From an uncultured Gammaproteobacteria bacterium (GTDB lineage: Bacteria; Pseudomonadota; Gammaproteobacteria; UBA9214), in NCBI GenBank assembly GCA_963773065.1, contig CAVYZN010000011.1, positions 302,287 through 366,286 on the forward strand: DNA of 64,000 bases, given 5' to 3'. A program made the position numbers and the translations under genes. Positions 54,728 to 64,000 of the stretch are shown here, one piece after another. The notes beneath the pieces are model-generated. The model had not been told where the DNA came from, searched no databases, and saw only the letters and a list, made by a program, of their open reading frames with translations. How positions within the stretch are numbered: the first letter of the stretch is position 1; every line of letters begins with the position of its first letter.

Positions 54728-55915
54728 TTACCCGATGACCCCCAGTTCGCGGCCGGCCTGGGTGAAGGCGCCGATGGCCTGGTCCAGGTGTTCCCGCTCG
54801 TGGGCGGCGGAGATCTGGACGCGGATCCGCGCCTGACCTTCGGGCACCACGGGATAGAAAAAGCCGCTGACGTAGATGCCGAGTTCCAGCAGGCGTTGGG
54901 CCATCCGCTGGGCGAGCGGCGCCTCGTAGAGCATGACCGGCACGATGGGATGCTCGCCCGGCTTGATGTCGAAGCCGGCGGCGCGCATCTGCTCCCGGAA
55001 GTAGCGCGTGTTCGCCCACAGGCGCTCGCGCAGCTCGGCGGAACGCTCCAGCAGGTCGAACGCCTTGAGGCCGGCCGCCGCCAGGGCCGGGGCCAGGGTG
55101 TTCGAGAAGAGATAGGGCCGGGAGCGCTGGCGCAGCAGGTCCACGACCGGCTGCGCGGCGGCGGTGAAGCCGCCCGAGCCGCCGCCCAGGGCCTTGCCCA
55201 GGGTGGAGGTGGTGATGTCGATGCGCTCCATCACGCCGAAGTGTTCCGCCGTGCCCCGGCCGGTGGGGCCGACGAAGCCGCTCGCGTGGGAGTCGTCGAC
55301 CATCACCAGGGCATCGTATTGCCGGGCGAGCCTCGTGATCTCGTCCAGCCGCGCCATGTCGCCGTCCATGCTGAACACCCCGTCGGTCGCGATCAGGCGG
55401 GTGCGGCGGCTCGCGGCGGATTTGAGCTGCGCCTCGAGATCGTCCATGTCGGCGTGGCGGTAGCGCAGGCGCGCCGCCTTGCACAGGCGGATGCCGTCGA
55501 TGAGGGAGGCGTGGTTCAACTGATCGCTGATGACGGCGTCCTCCTCGCCCAGCAGGGTCTCGAACAGGCCCGTGTTGGCATCGAAGCAGGAGGTGTAGAG
55601 GATCGCGTCCTCCGTGTGCAGGAACCCGGCGATCGCGCGCTCCAGCTCCTTGTGCAGGTCCTGCGTGCCGCAGATGAAGCGCACCGAGGCCATGCCGAAG
55701 CCGCGGGTCTCAAGCGCCGCGGCGGCCGAGCGCACCAGCTCGGGGTGGTTGGCGAGACCCAGGTAATTGTTGGCGCAGAAGTTCAGGACATCCCCGGCCT
55801 CCCGGGTCGCGATCTCGACGCCCTGCGGCGTGGTGATGATGCGCTCGCGCTTGTAGAGGCCCTGCGCCTCGATGGCCGCGAGCTCGGCCTGGAAGCGCTT
55901 CGTATCCGTCGTCAT
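54728..55915 (-). CDS. kbl: Glycine C-acetyltransferase (2-amino-3-ketobutyrate CoA ligase)
   Basis: [46 protein letters not shown]. Confidence 0.97.
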   Translation of the reverse strand: MTTDTKRFQAELAAIEAQGLYKRERIITTPQGVEIATREAGDVLNFCANNYLGLANHPELVRSAAAALETRGFGMASVRFICGTQDLHKELERAIAGFLHTEDAILYTSCFDANTGLFETLLGEEDAVISDQLNHASLIDGIRLCKAARLRYRHADMDDLEAQLKSAASRRTRLIATDGVFSMDGDMARLDEITRLARQYDALVMVDDSHASGFVGPTGRGTAEHFGVMERIDITTSTLGKALGGGSGGFTAAAQPVVDLLRQRSRPYLFSNTLAPALAAAGLKAFDLLERSAELRERLWANTRYFREQMRAAGFDIKPGEHPIVPVMLYEAPLAQRMAQRLLELGIYVSGFFYPVVPEGQARIRVQISAAHEREHLDQAIGAFTQAGRELGVIG

Positions 55916-55961
55916 GGCGTGCTTCCTGTCGACACGGTAGGTAACCGAGGGGCGCGGCCGG

Positions 55962-56999
55962 CTATTGCCAGTCCAACACGACCTTGCCGCATTCGCCGGA
56001 ATGGACCACCTCGAAGGCCTGGCGATAGTCGGCCGCCGGGAAGACGTGCGTGATCACCCCGGAGATATCCAGGCCGTTGCGCAGCATCTGCGTCATCTTG
56101 TACCAGGTCTCGAACATCTCGCGCCCGTAGATGCCCTTGAGGTGCAGGCCCTTGAAGATGACCTCGTCCCAGTCGAGGGTCGTGGTCGGCGGCAGAAAGC
56201 CCAGCAGGCCGATGTGCCCGCCGTGGTACATGTGCCGGATCATGTCGTTGAGGGCCTGCGGGTTGCCCGACATCTCCAGGCCGACGTCGAAGCCGTTCGA
56301 CATCTTCAACTCGCGCACCACCTCATCGAGGGACTCGCGGCTGACATTCACGCCGCGGCAGGCCGTGACCCGGCGCGCGAGCGCCAGGCGGTAGTCATTG
56401 ACGTCCGTGATCACCACGTGGCGCGCGCCGGCGAAGCGGCAGACCGCCGCGGCCATGATGCCGATGGGTCCGGCGCCGCAGACCAGCACGTCCTCGCCGA
56501 TCAGGTCGAAGGAGAGCGCGGAATGGACCGCGTTGCCGAGCGGGTCCATGATGGCGGCGATCCCGGTGGGGATGTCCGGGTGCACCTTCCAGAGGTTGGC
56601 GGCGGGCAGGACGAGGTATTGCGCGAACGCCCCGTCACGCCCCCCGCCGATGCCGACGGCGAGGTGGCAGAGATGCCGCTTGCCGGCGCGGCAGTTGCGG
56701 CAGATCCCGCAGGTGACGTGCCCCTCGCCGGTGACGCGGTCGCCGATCTCGAAGCCCCTGACGCCGGGGCCGATGGCGGCGATCTCGCCGGTGAATTCAT
56801 GACCGATGATGCGGGGCACGCGGATGTTGCGTTGGGCCCAGTCGTCCCAGTGGTAGATGTGCAGGTCGGTGCCGCAGACCCCGGTCTGGTGGATTTTGAT
56901 CAGGACCTCGTTGGTCGCGACGGCGGGCACCGGCACCGACTCCAGCCAGATGCCGGGTTCGGCGCGGCGCTTGACCAGGGCTTGCATGGCTGTCGGCAT
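55962..56999 (-). CDS. tdh: L-threonine 3-dehydrogenase
   Basis: [41 protein letters not shown]; adjacent to kbl. Confidence 0.97.
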   Translation of the reverse strand: MPTAMQALVKRRAEPGIWLESVPVPAVATNEVLIKIHQTGVCGTDLHIYHWDDWAQRNIRVPRIIGHEFTGEIAAIGPGVRGFEIGDRVTGEGHVTCGICRNCRAGKRHLCHLAVGIGGGRDGAFAQYLVLPAANLWKVHPDIPTGIAAIMDPLGNAVHSALSFDLIGEDVLVCGAGPIGIMAAAVCRFAGARHVVITDVNDYRLALARRVTACRGVNVSRESLDEVVRELKMSNGFDVGLEMSGNPQALNDMIRHMYHGGHIGLLGFLPPTTTLDWDEVIFKGLHLKGIYGREMFETWYKMTQMLRNGLDISGVITHVFPAADYRQAFEVVHSGECGKVVLDWQ

Positions 57000-57221
57000 G
57001 GATCGGTTGAGCGTATCGGGTGATGACTGAACTTCAGCATAGCGTATGCCGCAGTTGGGTGCAGCCGGTTCGGGCAGGGCGTGTGAGGGCATCGTGCCCC
57101 CGGGCGGGCCAGTAGGACATCGCTCCTGCGAATTTGGCAACTCGGGTATGATGCGCAGTATCCGCTATCGGGACCGCTTTCCCGATGCGGGTAACACCAC
57201 GTTATCGAGTCCTTGTCACGC

Positions 57222-57869
57222 ATGAGCACACGCGCAGAAGAAATCAGGGAGCAGGGGATGGCCGCCGGCCTCAGGCGGGCGGACCTCGATCCGGATCCGT
57301 ACCGGGAGTTTGAAAAGCGCTTCACGCTGGCCATCGAGTCGGGTATCCCCGAACCCAATGCCATGTGTCTCGCCACGGTCGACGAGGACGGCCAGCCGTG
57401 GGTGCGCATCGTGCTGCTGAAGACCTACGACGAGCGGGGCTTCGTGTTCTTCACCAACTACGAAAGCCGCAAGGCGCGGCACATCGACCGCAATCCCCGG
57501 GTGGCGCTGTCGTTTCCCTGGTTCGCGCTCGGCTGGGAAGTGAAGATCACCGGCGAGGCGGTGCGGGTTTCCTTCGCCGAATCGGCGAAATATTTCGCCA
57601 CGCGCCCGCGCGGCAGCCAGATCGGCGCCTGGGCCTCGCCCCAGAGTCAGGTCATCACCTCGCGTTCCCTGCTGGATGCCAAGGTGGCGGAGATGATGCG
57701 CAAGCTGCACGACCAGGAGGTGCCGCTGCCATCGTTCTGGGGCGGTTACCGGGTGCGGCCGTCCACCATCGAATTCTGGCAGGCGCGCACGAATCGCCTG
57801 CATGATCGCTTCTTGTACAGTCGTGCAGAGGCTGATGGCGGCTGGCGCATCGAACGGCTGGCGCCATAG
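57222..57869 (+). CDS. pdxH: Pyridoxamine 5'-phosphate oxidase
   Basis: RIVLLK, FTNYESRK, SQIGAWASPQS, EFWQ..RLHDR. Confidence 0.95.
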   Translation: MSTRAEEIREQGMAAGLRRADLDPDPYREFEKRFTLAIESGIPEPNAMCLATVDEDGQPWVRIVLLKTYDERGFVFFTNYESRKARHIDRNPRVALSFPWFALGWEVKITGEAVRVSFAESAKYFATRPRGSQIGAWASPQSQVITSRSLLDAKVAEMMRKLHDQEVPLPSFWGGYRVRPSTIEFWQARTNRLHDRFLYSRAEADGGWRIERLAP

Positions 57870-57880
57870 CGGCACCTGAC

Positions 57881-58549
57881 ATGCAGCGCGTTACCGAACC
57901 CGAGTTGATGGACGATCCATCGCAGGCCGAGGCCTACGCGGCGGCGGATTTCGCCGAGGCCCACGGCCGGATCGTGGAGGGGTTCGCGGAGTGTTTCCCG
58001 GGGGTCGAGGTCACGGGGAATGTCCTCGACCTCGGCTGCGGGCCGGGGGATATCAGCTTCCGGTTCGCCGCGCGTTATTCGGGTTGCATGGTGACAGGCG
58101 TGGACGGCTCGGCGGCCATGATAGCACTCGCCCGGCAGCGCCAGGCGCGCGAAGCCGCGCTGGGCGATCGCGTGCGCTTCATCGAGGGGCGGATTCCCGG
58201 CGCGCCCCTGCCCGCGGGGCCGTATGCGGCGATCATCAGCAACAGCCTGCTGCATCACCTGCATCGGCCGGAGGTGTTGTGGGAGGCCATCGCCGCTTAT
58301 GCGTCCGCGGGGACACGGATCTACGTCGTGGACCTGTTCCGGCCGGAGACTGCCGCCGCGGCGCGGCGGCTGGTCGATGCGTACGCGGCCGGTGAACCCG
58401 AGATCCTGCGCCGCGATTTTTATCATTCCCTGTGCGCCGCGTTCGAACCCCGCGAGGTCGAAGCGCAGCTCGAGGCGACGGATCTTGCCGGGCTGGCGGT
58501 CTCGGTCATCAGCGACCGGCATCTGGTGGTCCATGGCGTCAAGCATTGA
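57881..58549 (+). CDS. Class I SAM-dependent methyltransferase
   Basis: VLDLGCGPGD, GVDGS, SNSLLHH. Confidence 0.9.
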   Translation: MQRVTEPELMDDPSQAEAYAAADFAEAHGRIVEGFAECFPGVEVTGNVLDLGCGPGDISFRFAARYSGCMVTGVDGSAAMIALARQRQAREAALGDRVRFIEGRIPGAPLPAGPYAAIISNSLLHHLHRPEVLWEAIAAYASAGTRIYVVDLFRPETAAAARRLVDAYAAGEPEILRRDFYHSLCAAFEPREVEAQLEATDLAGLAVSVISDRHLVVHGVKH

Positions 58550-58746
58550 CAAGCCGGGCTGTTCGTTCAGCGTGCCCGTGTGACTGATTACGGGTAATCA
58601 ATCCTGTCCTGATTGCTCGATTGCGGTACGCGCACGGTTCTGCGCATAATCGGATCAAGAGGCGGGAACACGCTTCGGCCCGGGCGGTACTGACGCCCGC
58701 GCCGCCCACAACCGGTGGGTGACGTTGCAGGGGAGGGGCTGCTACC

Positions 58747-61453
58747 GTGAGCAATGCGATTCCTGGCAGCGAGCACGCCAGAATAAAAGAGAACACCGGC
58801 GTCCCGCCTCCCTGGTGGCGATGGGGCCCTTACGTCAGCGAGCGCGCCTGGGGCACGGTGCGGGAAGACTACAGCCCCGACGGCGACGCGTGGCGCTTCC
58901 TTCCGCATGATCTCGCGCGCAGCAAGGCGTATCGCTGGGGCGAGGATGGGCTTGCCGGGATCTGTGACCGCTATCAGTTGCTGGTGTTTGCCCTGGCGCT
59001 CTGGAACGGGCGCGATCCCATTATCAAGGAGCGCGCCTTCGGACTCGACGCGTGGGAGGGAAATCACGGGGAGGACGTCAAGGAGTATTACTACTACCTG
59101 GACAACACGCCCACCCACAGCTACATGAAGTACCTCTACAAGTACCCGCAGCGCGAGTTCCCCTACGGCGATCTCGTTGCGGAGAACCGGCGCCGCGCCG
59201 GTCGTGGACCCGAGTACGAGCTGCTCGATACCGGCGTCTTCGACGATGACCGCTACTTCGATGTCCTGGTCGAATATGCCAAGGCATCACCCGAAGACAT
59301 CTGCATCCGGATCACGGCCACCAATCACGGACCGGAGACGGCGATGCTGCACCTGCTGCCGCATCTCTGGTATCGCAACACCTGGGTATGGAGCGAACCC
59401 GGAGGGCCATCGCCGGTGATCCGCCAAATCGCCACGTCCGGGGACGATTCCGGGGCGCCGGCGACGGTGTGTTTGCTCGCGGACAGCACGGTCATCGATC
59501 CCCTGCGCGGTCTGCTGCACCCTTACCGGCTGGGAAATCGTTATCTCTACGCCGCTGGCCCATGCCGCGCGCTGTTTACCGACAACGAGACCAACGGGCC
59601 GCGCGTTTATGGGCCCGGAACGATCAGCCGGAGTGCTTACGTCAAGGACGCGTTCCATCGCTACCTGATCCACGGCGAGCACTGTATCAACACCGCCGGT
59701 TATGGCACCAAGTCCTGCCTGCACTACCGGCACGAGATTGCCCCGGGCGCGTCGGTCGAGCTGCTGCTGCGACTCGCGCCGGAACCACTGGCCAGTCCCC
59801 TGGCGGACGTGCCGTCGATTATTCGCCCGGCGTCAGGCGGAAGCCGACGAGTTCTACGCGCAGGTGCATCCGCCCAGGGCGAGCGCGGAGGAACGGCGCA
59901 TCCAGCGCCAGGCGTTTTCCACGCTCCTGTGGAGCAAGCAGGTGTATCTGTTCGACGTTCGCAAATGGCTCGACGGCGACACGCCCGGTACTCCCCCGCC
60001 GGAATCGCGCAAGGGCATCCGTAACCAGCACTGGCGACACCTCAATTCCATGCGCGTGCTGGTGATGCCGGACAAATGGGAATACCCCTGGTTCGCCGCC
60101 TGGGATCTGGCATTCGCCGCCGTGCCCCTCGCGCTGATCGATCCCGCGCTCGCCAAGGAGCAGCTGTGGCTGATGCTGTTCGAGCAGTTCCAGCATCCCA
60201 ATGGACAGATTCCGGCCTATGAGTGGGATTTCTCGGACCTCAACCCGCCGGTACATGCGTGGGCCGTCTGGCGCGTGTACAACATGGAAAAGCGCTTGCA
60301 CGGCAGCGCGGACCGGATCTTTCTGGAACGCTGTTTTCACAAGCTGCTGATCAACTTCGCCTGGTGGGTCAACAAGGTTGACCACGAGGGTAACAACGTG
60401 TTTGAAGGCGGTTTCCTGGGACTGGACAACATCGCCGTCGTCGACCGCAGTAAGGCGTTGCCGGACGGGCAGATCCTCGAACAGTCCGATGCCACGGGCT
60501 GGATGGCCATGTTCTGTCTCAACATGATGCGCATCGCCCTGGAACTGGCCGAGATCAACCCTGCCTACGAAGGGCTCGCCACCAAGTTCTTCGAGCATTA
60601 TGTCTATATCGGCGCGGCCATGAAGCACATGGGCGGGCGCGACTATCCGCTGTGGGACGAACAGGACGGATTTTTCTACGACGTGCTGCGCTATGCCGAC
60701 GACACCTTCCACCGTTTCCGGGTACGCTCGCTGGTCGGGCTGATTCCGCTCTACGCGGTGGAGCGCCTGGAGCAGGACTGGATCCGGCCCTTTCCCAACT
60801 TTCAAGCCAATCTCGACTGGTTCCTGGAGAACCGGACGCAGTTCGCGCAGTTCTGCTGCCACCCGGTGCGCAACGCCGGGAAAACCACGTACCTGCTCAG
60901 CGTGCCGTCCCATGAGCAAATTCAGCGGCTGCTGCAGCGGGTGTTCGATCTCGAAGAGTTCCTCTCCCCCTTTGGCATGCGCAGCCTGTCAAAAGTACAT
61001 CGCGATGCACCGTTCCGCTTCGGTGGGCACGAGATCCGTTACGAGGCCGCCGAGGCCGAGTCAAAAATCAAGGGCGGAAATTCCAACTGGCGGGGACCGG
61101 TGTGGTTTCCCGTGGGCTTTCTGATGATCGAGTCCCTGCGCAAGCTCGGGGCGGCGCTGGACCCGGAGTTGCGCCTGAATCCGCACCGGCGCGATGGCGA
61201 GGCGCCTGCGGGACTCACGCTTTTCGAACTGGCGGAAGACCTGGCCAATCGCATGATACGGCTGTTCGTACCCGACGAAGGCGGCAGCCGTCCGATCTAC
61301 GGCCGCGCAGAACGCCTGCAGCACGATCGCCACTGGAAGGAGCACTTGCTGTTCCACGAGTACTTCCACGGTGAGACCGGCCAGGGCCTCGGGGCCTCGC
61401 ATCAGACCTGGACCGCGCTGGTTGCCGCATTGATCGATGAGTGGCGGCGCTGA
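58747..61453 (+). CDS. MGH1-like/GH63 glycoside hydrolase (frameshift near 59825)
   Basis: [52 protein letters not shown]. Confidence 0.9.
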
Positions 61454-61762
61454 GCGTCCGGAAGCTGGGTGTTCCGGTGAAACCCGGTGCGGTTGGGTGT
61501 CGCTGGACAGTGTGGAGAGGGTTTCCTATGCTTGAATTGTGATACCGCGTGCAGAGTTCACGCGGTGCGCCGCAATCAAAAGAATTCGTCAGCCGTCGAG
61601 CACCCTGCGCGCAATACGGCTCCTGAGTCGTGAGGAAATCCACGCCCATGTCTTCTGTGCAGCTGCCGCGCAACGCCGTCACCCGACACCGCGCCCTGCG
61701 GCAGCGCAAGCGGATCACACCTTCCGGCGCTGGACTCGTCGCGCGCGCGCAGCCGTGGCGGA

Positions 61763-62710
61763 ATGATGTCGGTCCCGGCCCCAGCAATACATACCATTGC
61801 CTTCATCGACATCGTCGGCAGCACCAGGCTGTACGAGACGGCCGGCGACGATCTCGCCAAGCAACTCGTGACCGCCGTCGAAGCGGAGATTACCCGCGTG
61901 GTGGTGGAGAGCGGCGGCGAGGTGGTCGAGGTGGTCGGCGACGAAGTCATGTGCCGGTTCGACGATGCCAACGCGGCGGTGCTGTGCGCCTGCTGCATCC
62001 AGGATCAGATCGAACGTTATTCGAACAGGCAACGGATCTCCATGTCGGTGCGGATCGGCATGCACTGCGGCCCCGCGATCATCGAAGGCGGACGCATGTT
62101 CGGCGATTCGGTCAACGTCGCGGCGCGCATGGCAGCCATTGCCAGAGGCCGGCAGATCATCACCACTGAACAGGTGGTGAATCATCTCTGCGCGGATCTA
62201 CGGAGTCTCTCACGTCGTTTCGATGAAGTCCGCGTCAAGGGAAAGCAGGAGCCATTGGTGATCTACGATCTGCTTTGGCGTCAGGACACGGTGACCTCTC
62301 TGGTCGCCGGCGCCCGTGTCGGGGCCGAGATCGCCTCGCTGTTGCGATTGCGCTACACCGATAAAACCTTCCTGATTCGCGCGCCATGCGCCGGCTTCAG
62401 CATCGGTCGTGACCCGGGCAGCAGCCTGGTGGTGGTCGCATCGCCGGTCTCAAGAAATCACGCCTCCATCGAGTTTATCCGTGGCAAGTTCGTGCTGGTG
62501 GACACCAGCACCAACGGCACCTACGTGCTGACCCAGGACCGGCAGTCCCTGTATATGCGACGCGAGACGCTGCCGCTATGGGGTCAGGGCTTGATCGGCC
62601 TGGGCGCACCGGCCAGCGAAGACAATCCCGACGTGGTGCGTTACCTGTGCCGGTCCGCGCAAACTTCCGCGCCCCCGTCCTCACCCGTTCCACCGCCTGC
62701 GGCAGTTTGA
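61763..62710 (+). CDS. Class III adenylate/guanylate cyclase with an FHA domain
   Basis: FIDIVGST, GDEV, FGDSVNVAARM; IGR..SRNHA..STNGT. Confidence 0.9.
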   Translation: MMSVPAPAIHTIAFIDIVGSTRLYETAGDDLAKQLVTAVEAEITRVVVESGGEVVEVVGDEVMCRFDDANAAVLCACCIQDQIERYSNRQRISMSVRIGMHCGPAIIEGGRMFGDSVNVAARMAAIARGRQIITTEQVVNHLCADLRSLSRRFDEVRVKGKQEPLVIYDLLWRQDTVTSLVAGARVGAEIASLLRLRYTDKTFLIRAPCAGFSIGRDPGSSLVVVASPVSRNHASIEFIRGKFVLVDTSTNGTYVLTQDRQSLYMRRETLPLWGQGLIGLGAPASEDNPDVVRYLCRSAQTSAPPSSPVPPPAAV

Positions 62711-62722
62711 GCGGGCGGGGTG

Positions 62723-63685
62723 TTATCGCAGCGCCGGCGCCCGGGAGGCTACCTGGTTATTCAGGTAGCCGGCCGGGTCCACCTGTTCGCCGTTTTGCAC
62801 GACTTCGATGTGCACATGCGGGCCGGTGGAGCGGCCGGTCGAGCCCATCAATGCGATCGTTTGCCCCTTTCTGACGGTATCGCCGGCCATCACCAGGAGT
62901 TTCTTGTTGTGGCCATAGCGTGTGATGTAGCCCCTGCCGTGATCGATTTCCACCAGGTTGCCGTAGCCCGGGCGTTCTCCTGACCAGATCACCACACCGT
63001 CACCCAGGGCCATGATGCCGGTGCCTTCCTTGCCGGCAATATCAATCCCCTTGTGTTGCTCCCACTTGCCGGTAAACGGATCGATGCGCCTTCCGAATTC
63101 CGATGACAGCAGGCCGTGTTCAACCGCTCGACCGGAAGGCGTGATACGCGCGCGCAGGTTCCGGTGCATGAGCAGTTGCTTGAGTGTCGCCACCTTGTCT
63201 TCACGGTCTGCCGCGGTAATGTCCAGTTCATCCAGCATGCCAAGGAAATCCGCTACCGTCGTGGTCGAAGCGGCGGACGCGTCGTGCGGTCCACCCACGG
63301 ATGGCGGGTTGTTGAAATCGAATTCCGTCGCATCGAGGTCGGCCTGCGTCACCAGTTGTGCGCCCAGGGCATCCAGACGCGACAGTTGTGCCTGCATCCG
63401 GCCAAGCCGCAGGGTCAGGACATCCAGGCTGGTCCGGGCGGCTTCCCGCACGCGGGCGATATCCGCTTGTTGCTGGTGGTACAGGGTCTGCAATGCGGTG
63501 ACCTCGGCAAGCTGCCTGCGGGCCTCCGTGGTTATGCCGAGATGGAAGCCGCTGAAAAGGATCCCGCCGCAGAGCGCGATGACCGTGATCAGGGCGAGGA
63601 GCGTGGCGCGCCGCGGATTGATTGCGAAACTGCGCACCTCTGCGATGTCGCTGGTAAGCAGGAGGATGCTCATCGTTGGCTTCAT
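62723..63685 (-). CDS. M23 family metallopeptidase
   Basis: HKGIDIA, YGNLV, YGH, GSTGRSTGPHVH. Confidence 0.92.
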   Translation of the reverse strand: MKPTMSILLLTSDIAEVRSFAINPRRATLLALITVIALCGGILFSGFHLGITTEARRQLAEVTALQTLYHQQQADIARVREAARTSLDVLTLRLGRMQAQLSRLDALGAQLVTQADLDATEFDFNNPPSVGGPHDASAASTTTVADFLGMLDELDITAADREDKVATLKQLLMHRNLRARITPSGRAVEHGLLSSEFGRRIDPFTGKWEQHKGIDIAGKEGTGIMALGDGVVIWSGERPGYGNLVEIDHGRGYITRYGHNKKLLVMAGDTVRKGQTIALMGSTGRSTGPHVHIEVVQNGEQVDPAGYLNNQVASRAPALR

Positions 63686-64000
63686 AACGGTTACCGTTAT
63701 TCCCCCCGAAAACGCCGGCGATGACTCCCGTCGGGTATCCGGGTACGCGACAAACCAGTGACGTGGCCTTGGTCACAGCGCCTATGTGACTTGTTAACAG
63801 CATGGAAGTGGATGGGCGCTGCGTAAATTGGCCTTAAGTACAGGCGGAATTCCCTAAGCCCAGACTCGCCATGTGGGTCGCCAAGCAACTGCCGAAGGAT
63901 CGCCCTCTCTTGAAATAGAATCGAAGATCAAAGGGGGGTTTATTGACGCTTTGCAATAGTAAAACGCCGGACCAAATAAATCTGCCATCTTCAAGTGGTT

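Noticed and set aside
54788-57023. Long plus-strand ORFs opposite kbl and tdh, and similar shadow ORFs elsewhere
   Set aside because: Antisense shadows expected in high-GC coding DNA; they carry no recognisable motifs

Overview
GC-rich bacterial chromosome segment, probably gammaproteobacterial (inference from gene content). Many single-base frameshifts occur even in ordinary genes and look like long-read indel errors. The main accessory region is a defence island at about 6.2-24.6 kb built on a type I restriction-modification locus (hsdR ... hsdS ... hsdM). Between hsdS and hsdM lies a more AT-rich two-gene unit: a class I SAM-dependent methyltransferase-like gene, followed 5 bp later by a reverse transcriptase of about 580 aa with a YVDD motif. 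The RT is hidden from the ORF track because an ISL3 (8-bp TSD) and an IS3 split it. The 5' end of hsdM appears three times and brackets successive accessory cassettes (RT unit, IS4/Fic fragment, AbiE-like pair). Also present: a Clp1-like kinase/RNase Z fusion, an exonuclease-RecQ-UvrD fusion helicase, a toxin-antitoxin cluster next to duplicated glgC 3' ends, an unclassified transposase-like element, two MITE families, REP-like palindromes, and ordinary genes (slp x2, nodIJ-like ABC, TPM pair, kbl, tdh, pdxH, GH63, adenylate cyclase-FHA, M23 peptidase). No rRNA, intact tRNA or CRISPR array was seen.
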